From: Selaginella moellendorffii
Taxonomy: Eukaryota; Plantae; Lycopodiophyta
Direction: 5' to 3'
Assembly (NCBI RefSeq): GCF_000143415.4
Contig: NW_003314356.1
Coordinates: forward strand, 186,001-250,000
DNA: 64,000 nucleotides
In this document: positions 61,136-64,000 of the stretch, piece after piece
Layout: the number at the start of each line of letters is the position of its first letter
Position numbering within the stretch: the stretch's first letter is position 1
The notes under the pieces: model-generated
What the model saw: only the letters and a program-made list of their open reading frames with translations
The model's database searches: none
What the model was told of the DNA's origin: nothing
Made by a program: the position numbers and the translations under genes

Positions 61136-64000
61136 ATGGCCTTCAGGGTTGGGGAAAAGGTTTACATTTTGAATGGTGGGAAGAGAGTTGCAAAAGGGAC
61201 CCTTGTGTCTATGGATCGGAACTTTGTTATACACTGTCAAAGGCTTGGGGAAGGCAATGCTGCTATATCAGTAGAGACTGTCTTCGATGGGAATGTGGTC
61301 GCTATTGAACGAGGAGAAATGGTCGTCGGGGTAAATGTTGTTGTTGCCTTGAAAAATCTTCAGAAGAAAGCAGATGTTGGGGACAACGCAAGTGCGACGC
61401 ATGTTCCCTCCGTGGATCTTAAGAACCGTGCTACATGGATTCAGGCGAAGGTGTTTCTAAACAACCCCGAGGGGGAGGTGGTAGCTGAGGGCTTAGCCAC
61501 AGTTGTCGATCCAAGAGATGCGGTTGCTAATCAAGAATTGGGCTGGGATGATATTGGAGTTGCGATTTTAGAGGTTGATAACACAGAAGAAAACAGTCTG
61601 ACTATTGGAAGCATTGTGCGGTGGAAATTGAGGCACTTAGTGTTTGAGAATGTGAAGGATTCACAATCAAACACCACTACAACTGATGACAGAACATCTC
61701 TTCATGGGAAAAGAAAGTACACCTTCCTAAAGCGCAGCCAAAGGGATCTGAGCAACAAACCGAAAAGGCAGAAAATGGCGATGGAGGTTCGAATGGTCTC
61801 GACAGTTGCTTGTTGCAAGAGGAGGTGCTGTCAACATGCTGATTGGGATGCTATTGAAGAGGAGAGAGCAAGATACAAGACATTGTCCTGGAAGGCAGCT
61901 CGCAATTTTGTGTATGAGGCATTACGGTCATTTGTTGATGCTTCAGAACATCAGGTGGGGGGCATGGTCTTCCAGAGGGGTTTGGTCTGCATGAAGGCAT
62001 GGAGAATCATTTATGGAGTCCCTTGAACCACATTCTACAGAATCAAAACTGAGTTCGAGGAACAAAGGGTTCAACAGGCAGTCCATGGGAACGACAGTAC
62101 GCACAAAACCAGGGGTCATGTTGTATATGGAGAGGCAATCTTCAAGAGGTTTGTCGAGACATGTAGCGAGCAGCAACCACATAAAACCCGCCTCTTGGAA
62201 GATGGAACACGAGACACCCAACGAGTTCTCCCTTCCATGTATACCAAGGGGGCCATATTGGAAGATGTGAATCGGGAACTCCAGAGTAATGGCTACAGGA
62301 AGCTGAGCCAATCTAGATTTAGTAGATTATGGAGCAACAGGTTCAGGGATGTGAGTATAGGAAAGTACTCTAGCTTTTCAAAGTGTGACGAGTGCACTGC
62401 TATCAAAATGGCTTTGTCGAAGAATTCTTGCAGCGCTCAAGAGCGAGAGATGTTGGTTAGAAGGCGGCTCGACCACAACATCGAGCAGAGAAGCTGTAGA
62501 ACTGCATATTATCATAACAGGATTCTCTCCATGGAGAGACCTGACTCTTACCTCTGCATCATCCACGACAAAATGGACCAGAAAAAGACGTGCTTACTTC
62601 GACTCAATCCTGCCCCCAAGCCAATCTCTTCATCCATGCAGCTGCCTGTGTCTCTGTTTGGCATAATCGCTCATGGGCATGGTGCCCAGAACTATGGGAA
62701 CTTCTTTGTACCTCTATGGGGTGGCGGGGGTGCAAACATGATGATTGCGTCCCTAGCAAAACACTTAAGGTCTCTGCAAAGTGCGCAGACTGAGCTGAAC
62801 GGCCAACCCTTGCATAAGGCCCTTGTCGATCGAACCCCATACAGGGTTAAGCTGGAGGAGGAGCAAAGGCTTGCAGTATCGCGTGGGGCCCCATGCCATC
62901 CCAGTGAATATGTTGGCCGTCAGATTGTAGGGTTATCACGTGAGGCCTCATGCCATTCCGACGAGGCTGGTCGCCTGGTGAATGCACAGCCTCATCCAAA
63001 CGAAGCAGAATCTCAAGGAAGTTCTTGCGGCCGATGTGGCCTTCCACCCCATCTTCTGCTCCAAACAGACAATGCTGGCAGTGAGAACAAAAACATGTAC
63101 GTCTTCGCGTACTTGGCGATGCTTGTTGCCAAAGGCATATTTGAAACGGTTACACTTGGCTTTCTCATGGTTGGGCACACTCATGAAGACGTCGATGCCA
63201 TGTTCAGTCACCTGGCAGAGTCCCTCCGGCGATCCAATGTCCTCACCCTCCCACAACTTTACGATGAATTCCAAAATTGCATCAAAGGCACTGTTGAAGC
63301 TGCACTTCTGACAGAGGTTCCAGACTTTAAGGGGTTTGTAAGAGGCTACATCAGGGACGGATCCGAAATGCTGATTGGCCACTCCAAGCCTCTTCAGTTT
63401 CATTTCAGCATGTGTGACGGTGCTCCAGTGATGAGGTACAAGATGAGAGAATGGGACACAGTGTGGCTGCCAGTGGACGGCATTGAACTCTTCAAGAGAG
63501 ATCCCATAACTGGGGAACCTATGATTCCTCAAGGTTCCCCACGGCTGATGCACCCGGATGGACTCAAAGTCCAGGAAAGTATAGTGGCCGGGATTAGACA
63601 GCATATTGCCTTCTGGAAGAGGCGGTTGGTGTTTGGTGGAGAATCCTATTTTCAGAGGTGCAAGCCTTTGCTCGAATACTGGGAGAAGATTATATCTGCT
63701 ATCCAAAATGGGCCGGTTGTATATGAAGAATTGGAAGAGTCCTTTTGGCCAGAACCCAGAGCACCAGATAGTAGCGGAACAACGTCCTCTGGAAATGCAG
63801 TGATAGATAACGATGTTGAGGATCACTATTGTGGGCCGAGGAACAAGAAGCCGGATTCAGCATTCAATCCAGTACAGGTCTGCAAAGGAATGGTCGTGCT
63901 TGTCAGACCCAGTAATAAAAAACAAATGATATGGGTGGGGCGCTGCATCACTGATGCAGAGGAGGACGCGGAAACTAACTCCTTCAATGTAACTGTGGAG
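61136..64000 (+). pseudogene. Sola1/DUF7869-like transposase, copy 2 (runs off the window)
   Basis: Premature TGA at 62024-62026 (CGA in copy 1); keeps VGHTHEDVDAMFS (~63170-63210). Confidence 0.8.

Larger units (their letters stand above)
52262..64000. mobile_element. Inverted copy 2 of the 13-kb TIR transposon, truncated by the window end
   Basis: Starts AAGCTCTATTTCGTTAAAGT; colinear reverse complement of 25152-36392 plus a ~480-bp segment (58405-58885) absent from copy 1. Confidence 0.92.

Overview
Repeat-dominated window from a plant nuclear genome. Introns of ~47-57 nt, an ALDH21 fragment and PLS-PPR-like relics suggest a lycophyte or bryophyte, possibly Selaginella (inference). I see no intact host gene. 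The main object is a ~13-kb TIR DNA transposon in two near-identical, inverted copies (23319-36392, and 52262 to beyond the window end). It carries two divergent genes. One is a Sola1/DUF7869-like DDD transposase. The other is a 10-exon gene I spliced by hand (~1,640 aa) that appears to join a ParB-like domain, a degenerate N4/N6 DNA-methyltransferase-like fold, an acidic linker and an FCP1/NIF-type HAD phosphatase domain. The element also carries ~29 copies of a 22-bp palindrome (ATGGCRTGWGGCCWCAYGCCAT), concentrated in introns, UTRs and the intergenic spacer; I did not see it outside the element. Together these suggest an undescribed transposon-encoded self-recognition or chromatin system. 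A separate degenerate N4/N6-MTase-fold pseudogene lies at ~38.7-41.05 kb. The rest is nested LTR retroelements (LARD-like element with an hAT insertion, solo LTRs, a Cassandra-like 5S LTR, a TRIM, Gypsy relics), gene fragments and a 100-N gap. All domain calls are by-eye motif recognition, not database searches.
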